Origin: a virus
DNA length: 64,000 nucleotides
Strand: one strand, 5' to 3'
IMG/VR virus record: IMGVR_UViG_3300044729_002129
Location: 1-64,000 of that record
A program made the translations under genes and the position numbers. Of the stretch, positions 19,051-28,353 are shown one piece after another. The notes beneath the pieces were generated by a model. It was not told where the DNA came from, searched no databases, and saw only the letters and a list, made by a program, of their open reading frames with translations. Each line of letters begins with the position of its first letter. The first letter of the stretch is position 1.

Positions 19051-19662
19051 ATGCTTTATTCTCGCTATAAAAATGAGTTACCAGTTTATGATGAAGAAGA
19101 CATCATTACCACCACCAAAACAAAAATCCCACACCAAATAAATGGCAATGAGATTTATTTTTATAGTCAAGTAGACTTAGAAAGCATATACAATCTAAAC
19201 AGAAGTCTTAGTGATTTGGAAAAACAAATGTTGATTACCCAAATCAATCTAGGATTAGAAACACCACCACACGTAAAATTGTTTATCAATAGCGATGGTG
19301 GTGAAATATTTTCAGCCTTCACTACCGTTGATCGTATCAAAGCATCAAGAGTACCAGTTTATACATACGTAGAAGGTATCAGCGCTTCCGCAGCAACTCT
19401 GATTAGTGTATGTGGTAAGAAAAGATTTATTGGTCAAAATGGTGTTATGTTAGTACATCAATTAAGAAGTTGGTGTGGTGGTACTCATGAAACCTTTAAA
19501 GATGAATTCAAAAATCTTGAATTACTATCTGAAAAAGTTAAAAAGATTTATTTAGAACATACCAAATTCACCACATCAGATTTGGAAGAAATGTTGAAAC
19601 ATGATATTTATTTATCCGCATCTGAGTGTTTAAAATACGGATTGGTTGACGAAATCATTTAA
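19051..19662 (+). CDS. clpP: ATP-dependent Clp protease proteolytic subunit
   Basis: INSDGG, EGISASAAT (Ser), MLVHQ (His), HDIYLSA.E...YGLVD; start moved to ATG 19051. Confidence 0.88.
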   Translation: MLYSRYKNELPVYDEEDIITTTKTKIPHQINGNEIYFYSQVDLESIYNLNRSLSDLEKQMLITQINLGLETPPHVKLFINSDGGEIFSAFTTVDRIKASRVPVYTYVEGISASAATLISVCGKKRFIGQNGVMLVHQLRSWCGGTHETFKDEFKNLELLSEKVKKIYLEHTKFTTSDLEEMLKHDIYLSASECLKYGLVDEII

Positions 19663-19681
19663 CTACTTATTAGTAGATTAA

Positions 19682-20011
19682 ATGACAAATAGTAGACAAA
19701 AAAATGGTTATGTGTATATCATAAGTAATTGTAACTTTCCCAATTATTACAAGGTGGGAGTTACTAATGATATAAAATCAAGGTTGCGCACATATCAAAC
19801 ATCATCTCCGTTACGTAACTATAAAATTGAATATTATATTCAACATCCAGATTGTTACGAAGCTGAGAAAAGAATAGCTGAAAAGTTAAGATATTTTGCT
19901 ACGGACATTAAAAACGAGTGGTTTAAATGTGATCTGGAAATTGTCAAGGGTAGACTAGACGAAAGTTTAGAACCAGAAGAAAATATTTTATTTGACTTGT
20001 ATAAAAAGTGA
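19682..20011 (+). CDS. T5orf172/GIY-YIG-like nuclease domain protein
   Basis: GYVYII, YKVG.T....RL...QTSSP, EAE, NEWF. Confidence 0.8.
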   Translation: MTNSRQKNGYVYIISNCNFPNYYKVGVTNDIKSRLRTYQTSSPLRNYKIEYYIQHPDCYEAEKRIAEKLRYFATDIKNEWFKCDLEIVKGRLDESLEPEENILFDLYKK

Positions 20012-20019
20012 TATAAGAT
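19992..20019 (+). promoter_or_regulatory. sigma70-like promoter TTGACT-N16-TAAGAT, followed by GGAGG
   Basis: Immediately upstream of HNH gene ATG 20029. Confidence 0.5.
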
Positions 20020-20028
20020 GGAGGAGTT

Positions 20029-20673
20029 ATGACTGGAATCGAAAATAAATTAATATGTCTAAATCTGAATGCTAGTTGGCAACCAGTTGGTTTCAAGACT
20101 GTCAAAGATGCTATCGTAGATCTTTGTGGATGTGATACCCATGGAAAGCCAGCAACACTAGCTTTGGATATCGATTATAATATTGATGACAATGGCGATC
20201 CTATTTTGACAGAACCCAAGACCATGAATCCTGTTTCTTGGTCCGATTGGCTAAATCTACCAGTTCGTTCTTGGGATCTAAGCATCAACAGCGCTCATCT
20301 AAAGATTCGTGTTCCAACCGTCATTATTGCTACTAATTACAATAAAATGCCTGTAAAGGAATTTAGAGGCAAACCAAGTAAGGATGCAATCTATAATCGT
20401 GATAATGGCGTTTGCCAATACACTGGTAAAAAGATTGATCGTAATAATGCTACCGTCGATCATATTCTGCCTCGTAGTAAGGGTGGTGAAGACTCTTGGA
20501 CCAATCTAGTATTGTGTTCACGGGATATCAACTCCAAGAAGGGTAATAGATTGAACTCTGAAGCTGGGTTAAAGTTGCTTAAACAACCACATATTCCACA
20601 ACCAGTTCCAGTGTATGCTTTGATCAAAGATGCTCGTCACGTTGATTGGCAACATTTTTTGATCAAAACTTAA
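20029..20673 (+). CDS. HNH endonuclease (McrA-like)
   Basis: LNASWQP, RVPTVI, RD..CQYTG, TVDHILPRSKGG..SWTNLV....N..KGN. Confidence 0.88.
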   Translation: MTGIENKLICLNLNASWQPVGFKTVKDAIVDLCGCDTHGKPATLALDIDYNIDDNGDPILTEPKTMNPVSWSDWLNLPVRSWDLSINSAHLKIRVPTVIIATNYNKMPVKEFRGKPSKDAIYNRDNGVCQYTGKKIDRNNATVDHILPRSKGGEDSWTNLVLCSRDINSKKGNRLNSEAGLKLLKQPHIPQPVPVYALIKDARHVDWQHFLIKT

Positions 20674-20689
20674 AAAAATGTAACATTTG

Positions 20690-20732
20690 GGCAGGCATAA
20701 AATACTTAATATAAGATACTTTTATGCCTGCC
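20690..20732. repeat. perfect 13-bp inverted repeat GGCAGGCATAAAA / TTTTATGCCTGCC
   Basis: Arms 20690-20702 and 20720-20732; right arm contains ATG 20724. Confidence 0.9.
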
Positions 20733-20894
20733 TTAAAAAACAAGACCTATAACATAAATATTGATGGTCAAATCATCGAATTAAGCGGTGAAAGTATTTC
20801 ATTTTTTCTAAAAGAAACCAGAAGAAAGTTTGCAACTAAAAAGTCTTTGGAGAAGTTTTACGCAAATCTATCCAAGATTTTTATACAAGGTTAA
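20724..20894 (+). CDS. hypothetical protein (56 aa)
   Basis: Read manually: MPALKNKTYNINIDGQIIELSGESISFFLKETRRKFATKKSLEKFYANLSKIFIQG. Confidence 0.65.
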   Translation: MPALKNKTYNINIDGQIIELSGESISFFLKETRRKFATKKSLEKFYANLSKIFIQG

Positions 20895-20920
20895 CAAGAT
20901 CGTCTATATTTATATTTAAT

Positions 20921-21517
20921 ATGACGATTTACCAAAAATATGAAAACCAAATTAATGAAGCCTATCAAGGAGGTTTACGTGCGTGGTTTGGTAAAGGGTC
21001 GGTAGGAAGCACCAGTGGAGGAGGTTGGGATAGATATGATAGTACTGGTAAAAAAGCTGGTAAATGTGGTGACGCTAAACAAGGTAGTAGTTATAGTGCT
21101 TGTTTAGGCAAAAAGTACGCTGCAAGAATAAGAGCCAAGGGTGGTAAAAAAGCAATTGCTAATTGGGTTAAACGTAAAAAAGCAGCACAAAGATCTGCTG
21201 GTAGAGGAGAAAAAGGTAGTGGTGGCAAAGGACAATCTCCAGTAAGAGTAAGTTATAAAGAAGCATTAAGCGAAATATTTGTTATTCAACAACGACAACA
21301 TTTGAAACAAGATCTAATAAATTTTCTACGTCAAGAATTTCAGAAGGGTGATTTAAAAGCAGTTCGTGGTGGTATAAGTACCACAGAGTTTAAGCCAGAG
21401 GATTGGTTAGAAGATATTGCGGATCATGCAATAAACCATATGATTCAGTACTTTGAAACTATACGTAGTCAAACTGAACGTAATATACACTCCTCAATTC
21501 CTATAGCTGGTAATTAA
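20921..21517 (+). CDS. putative virion/internal head protein with basic Gly-rich module
   Basis: INE|AYQGGLRAWFG...GGWD...KCG; TATTTAT upstream. Confidence 0.5.
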   Translation: MTIYQKYENQINEAYQGGLRAWFGKGSVGSTSGGGWDRYDSTGKKAGKCGDAKQGSSYSACLGKKYAARIRAKGGKKAIANWVKRKKAAQRSAGRGEKGSGGKGQSPVRVSYKEALSEIFVIQQRQHLKQDLINFLRQEFQKGDLKAVRGGISTTEFKPEDWLEDIADHAINHMIQYFETIRSQTERNIHSSIPIAGN

Positions 21518-21582
21518 CAATATAATATTTAAAGTACTTGAATTAGTACTATTTATATGGTATATAAGGATATATACTATAT

Positions 21583-21882
21583 ATGAATTATTACATTAAA
21601 GACACTACAATCAACAAGATTGTATATAAAAACAACGTAAACGAAGTAGTTAACTACTTAGAAGAACTTTGTAAAAAAGTTCATAAGAAAACCAGAAAGT
21701 CCTACATGGATGATATGGCTAACTTGGGTTATGGTTATGATGATAACCAAGGTGTTTACTTCACTGAACTAATGATGGAGAAGTTTGATGTGGGAGTACA
21801 TCGTAAAGATGGCCGTCATGTTAGATCCAATATTCATGAACATGCTCGTAATGTTAAATACAGAAACGAAATGGGTGACTAA
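21583..21882 (+). CDS. hypothetical protein
   Basis: ORF heading helicase operon. Confidence 0.65.
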   Translation: MNYYIKDTTINKIVYKNNVNEVVNYLEELCKKVHKKTRKSYMDDMANLGYGYDDNQGVYFTELMMEKFDVGVHRKDGRHVRSNIHEHARNVKYRNEMGD

Positions 21883-21884
21883 TT

Positions 21885-23492
21885 ATGATAAATTTGGATA
21901 TCAGATGGTCAGATCCAATTCAAATAGAAAAAAATGGAGAAGTAACATTTATTCGTGAATGGAAAATACCTTCTCAATACTTAAACCAATTCTTTGTTTA
22001 CTGGAAAGTAAATAAATTAAGCCTCAAAGATAAAGGTTATAGTGTTACCAAAAGAGATAACGATTGGGTTCTGACCGAAACCAAAGATAACCCAACTCTT
22101 TTTAAAGAAAAAGCTATTAAGAAACAAAAGTCAGATGAACCACTTCCACTCTACGAAGTAGTTAAACAAGATGGTTTGCGTCCATGGCAAGTAGGTGCTG
22201 TTAGTAAAATCGTATCATCACTAAACAAATGGGGTGCTGCCGTAGATGGTAGTGACGTAGGCATCGGCAAAACATACACCGCATGTGGCGTAGCCAGAGA
22301 ATTAGATATGGACATATTGGTAGTATGTCCAAAAGCAGTTAAAGAATCTTGGAAACGTGTTATTAAGAACCACTTTAAAATGTGGGGTAAATGTGCTGGT
22401 ATTGTTAACTATGAAGCATTACGTATGGGTAAATCTGATAGTGTAATTGCATCATATGTCAAAAGAAGAGATACCAGACGTAAAGAATTCGTTTGGAAGA
22501 TACCAAAAAATACTCTTATTGTTTGGGATGAAGCACAAAAACTAAAGAATGCCAAGACCAAGAATAGTGAAACTTGTATGGCAGCACTCAAATCTGGATA
22601 CAAGATGTTGTTTTGCAGTGCTACTATGGCAACCAACCCACTGGAGTTAAGAACGGTAGGACAATGTATTCAGTTGTTTAAGAGCAGCAAGCAATATTAT
22701 GAATGGGCCTATGCACACGGAGTTGTCAGAGGCAGATTTGGAATGGAATTTACAGGCGACAAGAAATCGTTAGCAAAACTTAGCAATGACATTTTTATCA
22801 ATAGAGGTGTTCGTCTTAATCGTGATACCATACCTAACTTTCCAGAAAGTCAAATTACAGCAGAATGTTATGAAATGGAAAAAGAGGATCAAGACAAGAT
22901 CAACAAAGCATACGAAGAAATGCAATTAGAGTTGTTAAAGATTGAAAGGCAACTCAAAAAAGACAAGGGTCAAACCCAAATGGTTGCAATCCTTCGTGCT
23001 AGACAAAAAGTTGAAATGTTCAAGGTACCTCTTATTATAGAAATGGCAGAGGAAGGTATTGAGAATGGCATGAGTGTGGCTATATTCTGTAATTTTACCG
23101 AAACTATCAATGCATTATCAGATAGACTCAAGACCAAATGTATTGTGAATGGTGTTGTATCAGACAAAGATAGACAACAAGCCGTTGATGATTTTCAATC
23201 AGATAAAAGTAGAATAATACTTGTCAACATCGCAGCTGGCGGTGCAGGATTAAATTTACACGATTTGAATGGTAATTTTCCAAGATTGTCGTTAATATGT
23301 CCTTCGTACTCGGCTGTATTAATGCGTCAATCCACTGGAAGAGTATGGCGTGATAGTGCTAAAACAAAGAGTATACAAAAGATTGTGTTCGTGGCAAACA
23401 CCGTCGAAGAACAAGTATGTAATAGTGTAAATCAGAAACTAAGTAACCTAGATCTATTAAATGATGGAGATTTGAATTATGGCAAAAACTAA
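21885..23492 (+). CDS. SNF2-like superfamily 2 helicase
   Basis: GIGKT, VVCPK, DEAQ, SAT...NP, AGG.GLNL, Q..GRVWR. Confidence 0.88.
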   Translation: MINLDIRWSDPIQIEKNGEVTFIREWKIPSQYLNQFFVYWKVNKLSLKDKGYSVTKRDNDWVLTETKDNPTLFKEKAIKKQKSDEPLPLYEVVKQDGLRPWQVGAVSKIVSSLNKWGAAVDGSDVGIGKTYTACGVARELDMDILVVCPKAVKESWKRVIKNHFKMWGKCAGIVNYEALRMGKSDSVIASYVKRRDTRRKEFVWKIPKNTLIVWDEAQKLKNAKTKNSETCMAALKSGYKMLFCSATMATNPLELRTVGQCIQLFKSSKQYYEWAYAHGVVRGRFGMEFTGDKKSLAKLSNDIFINRGVRLNRDTIPNFPESQITAECYEMEKEDQDKINKAYEEMQLELLKIERQLKKDKGQTQMVAILRARQKVEMFKVPLIIEMAEEGIENGMSVAIFCNFTETINALSDRLKTKCIVNGVVSDKDRQQAVDDFQSDKSRIILVNIAAGGAGLNLHDLNGNFPRLSLICPSYSAVLMRQSTGRVWRDSAKTKSIQKIVFVANTVEEQVCNSVNQKLSNLDLLNDGDLNYGKN

Positions 23493-23832
23493 AATATTAA
23501 AGTTTAATGTAAGTTCCGCAAATTGGAAAATGAATGTTGATGTAGACCCAGATATCTTTGATGATGCGTATGTAGAAGCGTGTACCAGAGCTGTTGAGAT
23601 GAAGTCAAGTTCAATTCATATGACCGAAGAAGATTTTCTGGTTAATCCGGTTATAATGTGTAAACCAATAAAATCATCAGATGGTAAAGCCAAATATATA
23701 AACACATATAAAGTTTTATTAAATGCCAGTATGTTTAAACGAGCCGAAATACTCAGGAAAATATTTGAAAGTACAACCGATGTAGACTTAGCTAAAGAAC
23801 CATTATCAGCATCTTTAAAAAATGAACAATGA
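23479..23832 (+). CDS. hypothetical protein, paralog of 14808..15263
   Basis: ANWKMNVD...EACTRAVE...VLLNAS. Confidence 0.6.
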   Translation: MAKTKILKFNVSSANWKMNVDVDPDIFDDAYVEACTRAVEMKSSSIHMTEEDFLVNPVIMCKPIKSSDGKAKYINTYKVLLNASMFKRAEILRKIFESTTDVDLAKEPLSASLKNEQ

Positions 23833-24577
23833 TATTCCATCCTACAATTTTGATTTAATTAACAAAAAATTAGCAGAACTTGATGCTTTAAAGGAAAAAG
23901 TAGAAAAGATATATGGTTTAAGTCAGATTGGTGATGATGTTAGACGAGAAGTAGATGAATACAAAGTGCTTCGTGATAAAGGTGTAAACATTCCACACCT
24001 AGAAAAAGAGTTTGCTGATCAAATCTATCCAAGTAGAGGTGGCAGAAGTAAAAAGAATAAACCAATCGTTGAGTCAGAAATTAAAGAAGCATTAGAAAAG
24101 TCTACATCGGCCAGAAAAGCAGCAAAACGATTGGGTGTTAGTTATCAAACATTCAAAACATACGCAAAGAAATATGGTGTGCATAAAACACCAGGTTGGC
24201 CTCCTACCAAGAAAAACTTTGTGAACAGAGTATTGGTTGACCCAAATAAAGGTAAGTATCCAATTCAAGATGTTTTGGATGGTAAATACCCAAACTTTCC
24301 AGTACATCGTTTAAAAGATAAACTGATTAGATCCAATATCAAAAAAGCAGAATGTGAACAATGTGGTTTTCACGAACGCAGAATTACAGATGGCAAATTA
24401 CCATTGTTGTTAAACTTTGAAGATGGTAATAAACACAACCACGCATTGGTCAATCTAAAATTATTGTGTTATAATTGTACATTCACCAGTGGCAAAGGAT
24501 ACATAAGTAGAGGGCCAAAAATATTTGACCCAGATATACTACAAGATAGTAAAAAGATTCTTAAACAGAGGTTTTAG
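23822..24577 (+). CDS. HTH plus HNH-like zinc-binding protein
   Basis: SARKAAKRLGVSYQT HTH; CEQCG...DGN..N....NL.LLCYNC. Confidence 0.7.
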   Translation: MNNDIPSYNFDLINKKLAELDALKEKVEKIYGLSQIGDDVRREVDEYKVLRDKGVNIPHLEKEFADQIYPSRGGRSKKNKPIVESEIKEALEKSTSARKAAKRLGVSYQTFKTYAKKYGVHKTPGWPPTKKNFVNRVLVDPNKGKYPIQDVLDGKYPNFPVHRLKDKLIRSNIKKAECEQCGFHERRITDGKLPLLLNFEDGNKHNHALVNLKLLCYNCTFTSGKGYISRGPKIFDPDILQDSKKILKQRF

Positions 24578-25584
24578 TTTCTTACAATAGTAAAAGTACA
24601 AGGTTTTGATAAGTCAAATCTCACAGATTTGCCATATTTCATTTGTGATGTTTTAATTTCTACAAATTTTGAACATTTACATCTAATCCATCGACCTGGC
24701 AAAAGTAAAAATAAAGTACTACTGGATTGGCCTGAAGAATCTTCAGTAGTATACTCTAGATAAACATTACTATCGGTTGAACTATTCTTTGCAAAAAACT
24801 CGGTGTTGTTATTGACAGGTGTCATTAAAAGATTGTTATAAATTATCTCATGACGAAAACCTAAATCTCCACCTGAAAAACATACACCTATATCTTCTAT
24901 ATATTCATTCGTTAATTTTTCATCTAAATATTCACATTTCTTATCTATAATATTATAGAATAATTCTTCAAATACAGGAGATAAATTACATCCATATAAT
25001 TTATACATAAATTTAATATAACCAGCTTCAGTTTCCATTTCTGGTATCAGAGAATCTAAATAATCTATATTAATTAGAAAAAAATTGGTTACGCAACCAA
25101 ATCCGCCTGGAAGAATCATACAATTTTTACTATTTTCAGTAGAACCAAAATTTTTGAATATGGTACTCATTAAATCATAATTCTTAAAAACAACATCATA
25201 CTCGCAACGTATCATGTGTTCATACCCACGACTTTTTAGCACTTTACATATCTTTTTAAGATTATACAATATAGTCCAATTTGTAAATCCGTGTGGATTA
25301 TTATGTCCCTGTAAAATACAACTATTACCTGAATTATCATATAATTGATGAGCCCAATTCATATGACTAAATAACGTATACTTAGACCTATCAGTAAGCA
25401 ATCTGTTAGTTGAATCATATTCGAAATACTTTACATCCTCAAATTTATCAAAGCTAGGCATTTTATTAGAAATAATAAAAACGTCGTGACCTTGTTTAAT
25501 AAACTTGGAAAGATTATAATCAAACCATTTTTTCTTTTCCTTGTCGCTTATAAATGCATCTATAAAAATTGCTGGTTTCTTCAT
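24574..25584 (-). CDS. putative GT-A-like protein, ExD family (tandem copy B)
   Basis: HGFTNW.ILYN...GYEHMIRCEYD; near-identical N-terminus to adjacent gene. Confidence 0.55.
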   Translation of the reverse strand: MKKPAIFIDAFISDKEKKKWFDYNLSKFIKQGHDVFIISNKMPSFDKFEDVKYFEYDSTNRLLTDRSKYTLFSHMNWAHQLYDNSGNSCILQGHNNPHGFTNWTILYNLKKICKVLKSRGYEHMIRCEYDVVFKNYDLMSTIFKNFGSTENSKNCMILPGGFGCVTNFFLINIDYLDSLIPEMETEAGYIKFMYKLYGCNLSPVFEELFYNIIDKKCEYLDEKLTNEYIEDIGVCFSGGDLGFRHEIIYNNLLMTPVNNNTEFFAKNSSTDSNVYLEYTTEDSSGQSSSTLFLLLPGRWIRCKCSKFVEIKTSQMKYGKSVRFDLSKPCTFTIVRN

Positions 25585-25594
25585 AATAAAAATG

Positions 25595-26596
25595 TTAAGA
25601 TATTGGTTTTATTGTAAAATCGCAAGGTTGTGATAAATCAAATTTAATGACTTCATTATTTTTAAACTCTGAGGATTTAATTTCAACAAAGTTTTTGCAG
25701 TTATCAAGTATTAACCAAGAAGATGGTGAAAGTCTAAAAATATCACGATATCCTTCTGTAATATACTCTAGATAGATTTCTCTTGTCTGACTAAGATTGG
25801 ATATAAAAAATTGTTTGTTATCATTCACAGGTGTTATCTGCAATTTTCCATATCCTATTTTGTGTCTTAAACCCAAATCTCCATCAGATAAACACATGTC
25901 TATGTTTTCTATATGTTCATGTGATTTTTCTACATCCAAGTAATGTACTTGATCTTTAATTAAATCACGAAATATACCTTCAAATACCGGAGATAAATTG
26001 TATCCGTACAAGTTATTTAGGAATTTAATATAATCATCCTCGGTTTCCATTGTAGGAATTATACTATCAATATAATTTGTATCAAATAGAAAAACATTGG
26101 TGGTGACTCCTATATTACACGGCATGATCATACATTTTTTACTATTTTCAGTAGAACCAAAATCCTTGAATATAGTATCCATTAAATTATACGATTTAAA
26201 AACAACATCATATTCACACCTTATTGCGTGATCATAACCAAAACGTTTAAGTACACCTGCTATTTTTTTGAGATTGTAAAGTATACTCCAATTTGTAAAC
26301 CCATGGATTTCAGATAATCCGGTAAATAACTGCGGAGGAAGACCAGCTGGATATAGATTGCTATTCATTCTAAATTTTGTGTGAAATTTATACTTAGATC
26401 TATCAGTGAGCAGTCTGTTTTCACAATCGTACTCAAAATACTTTACATCTTCAAATTTATCAAAATTAGTCATTTTATTGGAAATGATAAAAACATCAAA
26501 TCCTTCTTTGATAAAATTGTTAACATTGTAATCAAACCACTTCTTCTTTTCCTTGTCGCTTATAAATGCGTCTATAAAAATTGCAGGCTTCTTCAT
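25595..26596 (-). CDS. putative GT-A-like protein, ExD family (tandem copy A)
   Basis: Start moved to MKKPAIF (26596); GYDHAIRCEYD. Confidence 0.55.
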   Translation of the reverse strand: MKKPAIFIDAFISDKEKKKWFDYNVNNFIKEGFDVFIISNKMTNFDKFEDVKYFEYDCENRLLTDRSKYKFHTKFRMNSNLYPAGLPPQLFTGLSEIHGFTNWSILYNLKKIAGVLKRFGYDHAIRCEYDVVFKSYNLMDTIFKDFGSTENSKKCMIMPCNIGVTTNVFLFDTNYIDSIIPTMETEDDYIKFLNNLYGYNLSPVFEGIFRDLIKDQVHYLDVEKSHEHIENIDMCLSDGDLGLRHKIGYGKLQITPVNDNKQFFISNLSQTREIYLEYITEGYRDIFRLSPSSWLILDNCKNFVEIKSSEFKNNEVIKFDLSQPCDFTIKPIS

Positions 26597-26640
26597 AATA
26601 AAAATATATATTTTGTTTATTTTTTTATATTTAATTTTAA

Positions 26641-27120
26641 ATGTCAAACTTTTCTCACTTATTATCGAAGCACGGAGTAATGTCTAGTTTTAATATCGCT
26701 AGGAAAATAAAAACCAAGGATATCAATAAAATTAAGAATAGCATTATTGACGAATCTGATTCAGAACCAGATATTCTTAACAAATTAAATAAATTGATAT
26801 TGTTAAAAGAAGAAAATCGATCTGTCGATGACATACCAGGATTGATAATAGATAGAGAAAAATCAGACATGATGATATACTTTGAAGGACTTCCTCCTCA
26901 TGTGAAAAAAACACTAGTCCAGATATCAAATTATTTTGCTGAAAAATCAGTTGAAAAGAAATTACATACACCAGAAATATTGGTGGCAATTCAACTGATA
27001 TTTAATCAATTAGGCATCGAAACCCAAGACCTTCGTGATTTTAATAAAATGTTCAATGATCGTCCTCCGCAAGATGATATTGATGAAGAGGACGATGAAG
27101 ATGAAGACGATGAATTTTAA
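26641..27120 (+). CDS. hypothetical protein with acidic C-terminal tail
   Basis: DDIDEEDDEDEDDEF tail. Confidence 0.6.
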   Translation: MSNFSHLLSKHGVMSSFNIARKIKTKDINKIKNSIIDESDSEPDILNKLNKLILLKEENRSVDDIPGLIIDREKSDMMIYFEGLPPHVKKTLVQISNYFAEKSVEKKLHTPEILVAIQLIFNQLGIETQDLRDFNKMFNDRPPQDDIDEEDDEDEDDEF

Positions 27121-28253
27121 ATATCGTTTATTGTTTTAACAAACCAACTAATTTGTTCTGGGGTAACACTATAATGTAATCCAACATACAAACCATTTTC
27201 GTTGATAATATCAGCATTAGGAAACTTTCTTGCAACACCATATTTCTTAAATGCAGTTTGTTTCAATAAGTTACCACCAATAATAGGACGATATTCTATA
27301 CCCTCATTTTTACAGAACTTTTTAATCTTATCAATAGTTTCCTTATTTTTTGCAATGATTGGTAAACTAAACAGATTGTCTTCATTCTTGACTTGAACCT
27401 TATAGAAAGAATTTTGATCCAACAATGATGTAAATATCTCACCACAGAATTTTCTATGAAATGTATATAAAGGTACACGTTTAAAATCTAACAAACCAAT
27501 ATATGCATGTATGTCACTATTTCTAAAATTATTACCAATACAATAAAAATCAAATAATGGATCTACCTCTCGATTCTTATATTTTTCTTGATTCTCTGGT
27601 GGTAAATGACGATACATACCATGATTACGAATCATATTGAATAGTTCATATTCCTTTTCATCGTTGGTAAATACAAAACCACCTTCAACACTTTGTAACA
27701 TATGACCAAAATATGTACTTGTAGTTGATGTAAAGAATGAAGCAATATTTCTACCTCTAAACTTCGTAAAGGTACTTTCACAACTATCTATCATGATTCT
27801 AACCTTATATTTGGTTTTAAGATAGTTCAATCTATCAATATCAGGTGAAATACCCAATAATGCGGTGATAAAGATTGTTCCAACATCCTTATCTTCTTTA
27901 AGAATGTTTTCCACTTGATCTAGATCCATTGATAGATCGTTCAATTTAACATCTACAAAAACTGGTTCAAATCCACACTTAATAAATGGAGTAATAGATG
28001 TAGCCCAAGTTACAGCTGGAAAAACAATCTTTCTTTTGGTTTCTACTTGATCAAGATAATAAGCAAGTAAAGTATTTGCTGTTGATCCACTTGATACAAA
28101 TAAAGCATATTTACTACCAACATATTTAGCCATCTTTTTCTCAAAGTTTTGAACTTGTTTTCCATATGTCCAGAAATTATTGGTGTTTAAAAAGAATCCA
28201 CAAATCTTTAGTCTGTCCCAAAAAGTAAAATGATTAGTATTTAGCTTCCACAT
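27117..28253 (-). CDS. DegT/DnrJ-family PLP enzyme, ColD-type 3-dehydratase-like
   Basis: VSSGSTAN, DSCES, TYFGHMLQSVEGG (His at the Schiff-base Lys position), RNHG, RPIIGGN. Confidence 0.8.
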   Translation of the reverse strand: MWKLNTNHFTFWDRLKICGFFLNTNNFWTYGKQVQNFEKKMAKYVGSKYALFVSSGSTANTLLAYYLDQVETKRKIVFPAVTWATSITPFIKCGFEPVFVDVKLNDLSMDLDQVENILKEDKDVGTIFITALLGISPDIDRLNYLKTKYKVRIMIDSCESTFTKFRGRNIASFFTSTTSTYFGHMLQSVEGGFVFTNDEKEYELFNMIRNHGMYRHLPPENQEKYKNREVDPLFDFYCIGNNFRNSDIHAYIGLLDFKRVPLYTFHRKFCGEIFTSLLDQNSFYKVQVKNEDNLFSLPIIAKNKETIDKIKKFCKNEGIEYRPIIGGNLLKQTAFKKYGVARKFPNADIINENGLYVGLHYSVTPEQISWFVKTINDI

Positions 28254-28353
28254 ATGATATATCTATCAGATAACCAATTCGATTTATAATTTTAATTCAA
28301 ATAAAATAATGTTGTATTGGTGTACGAAAATACGTATCTATAAGGATTAATAT

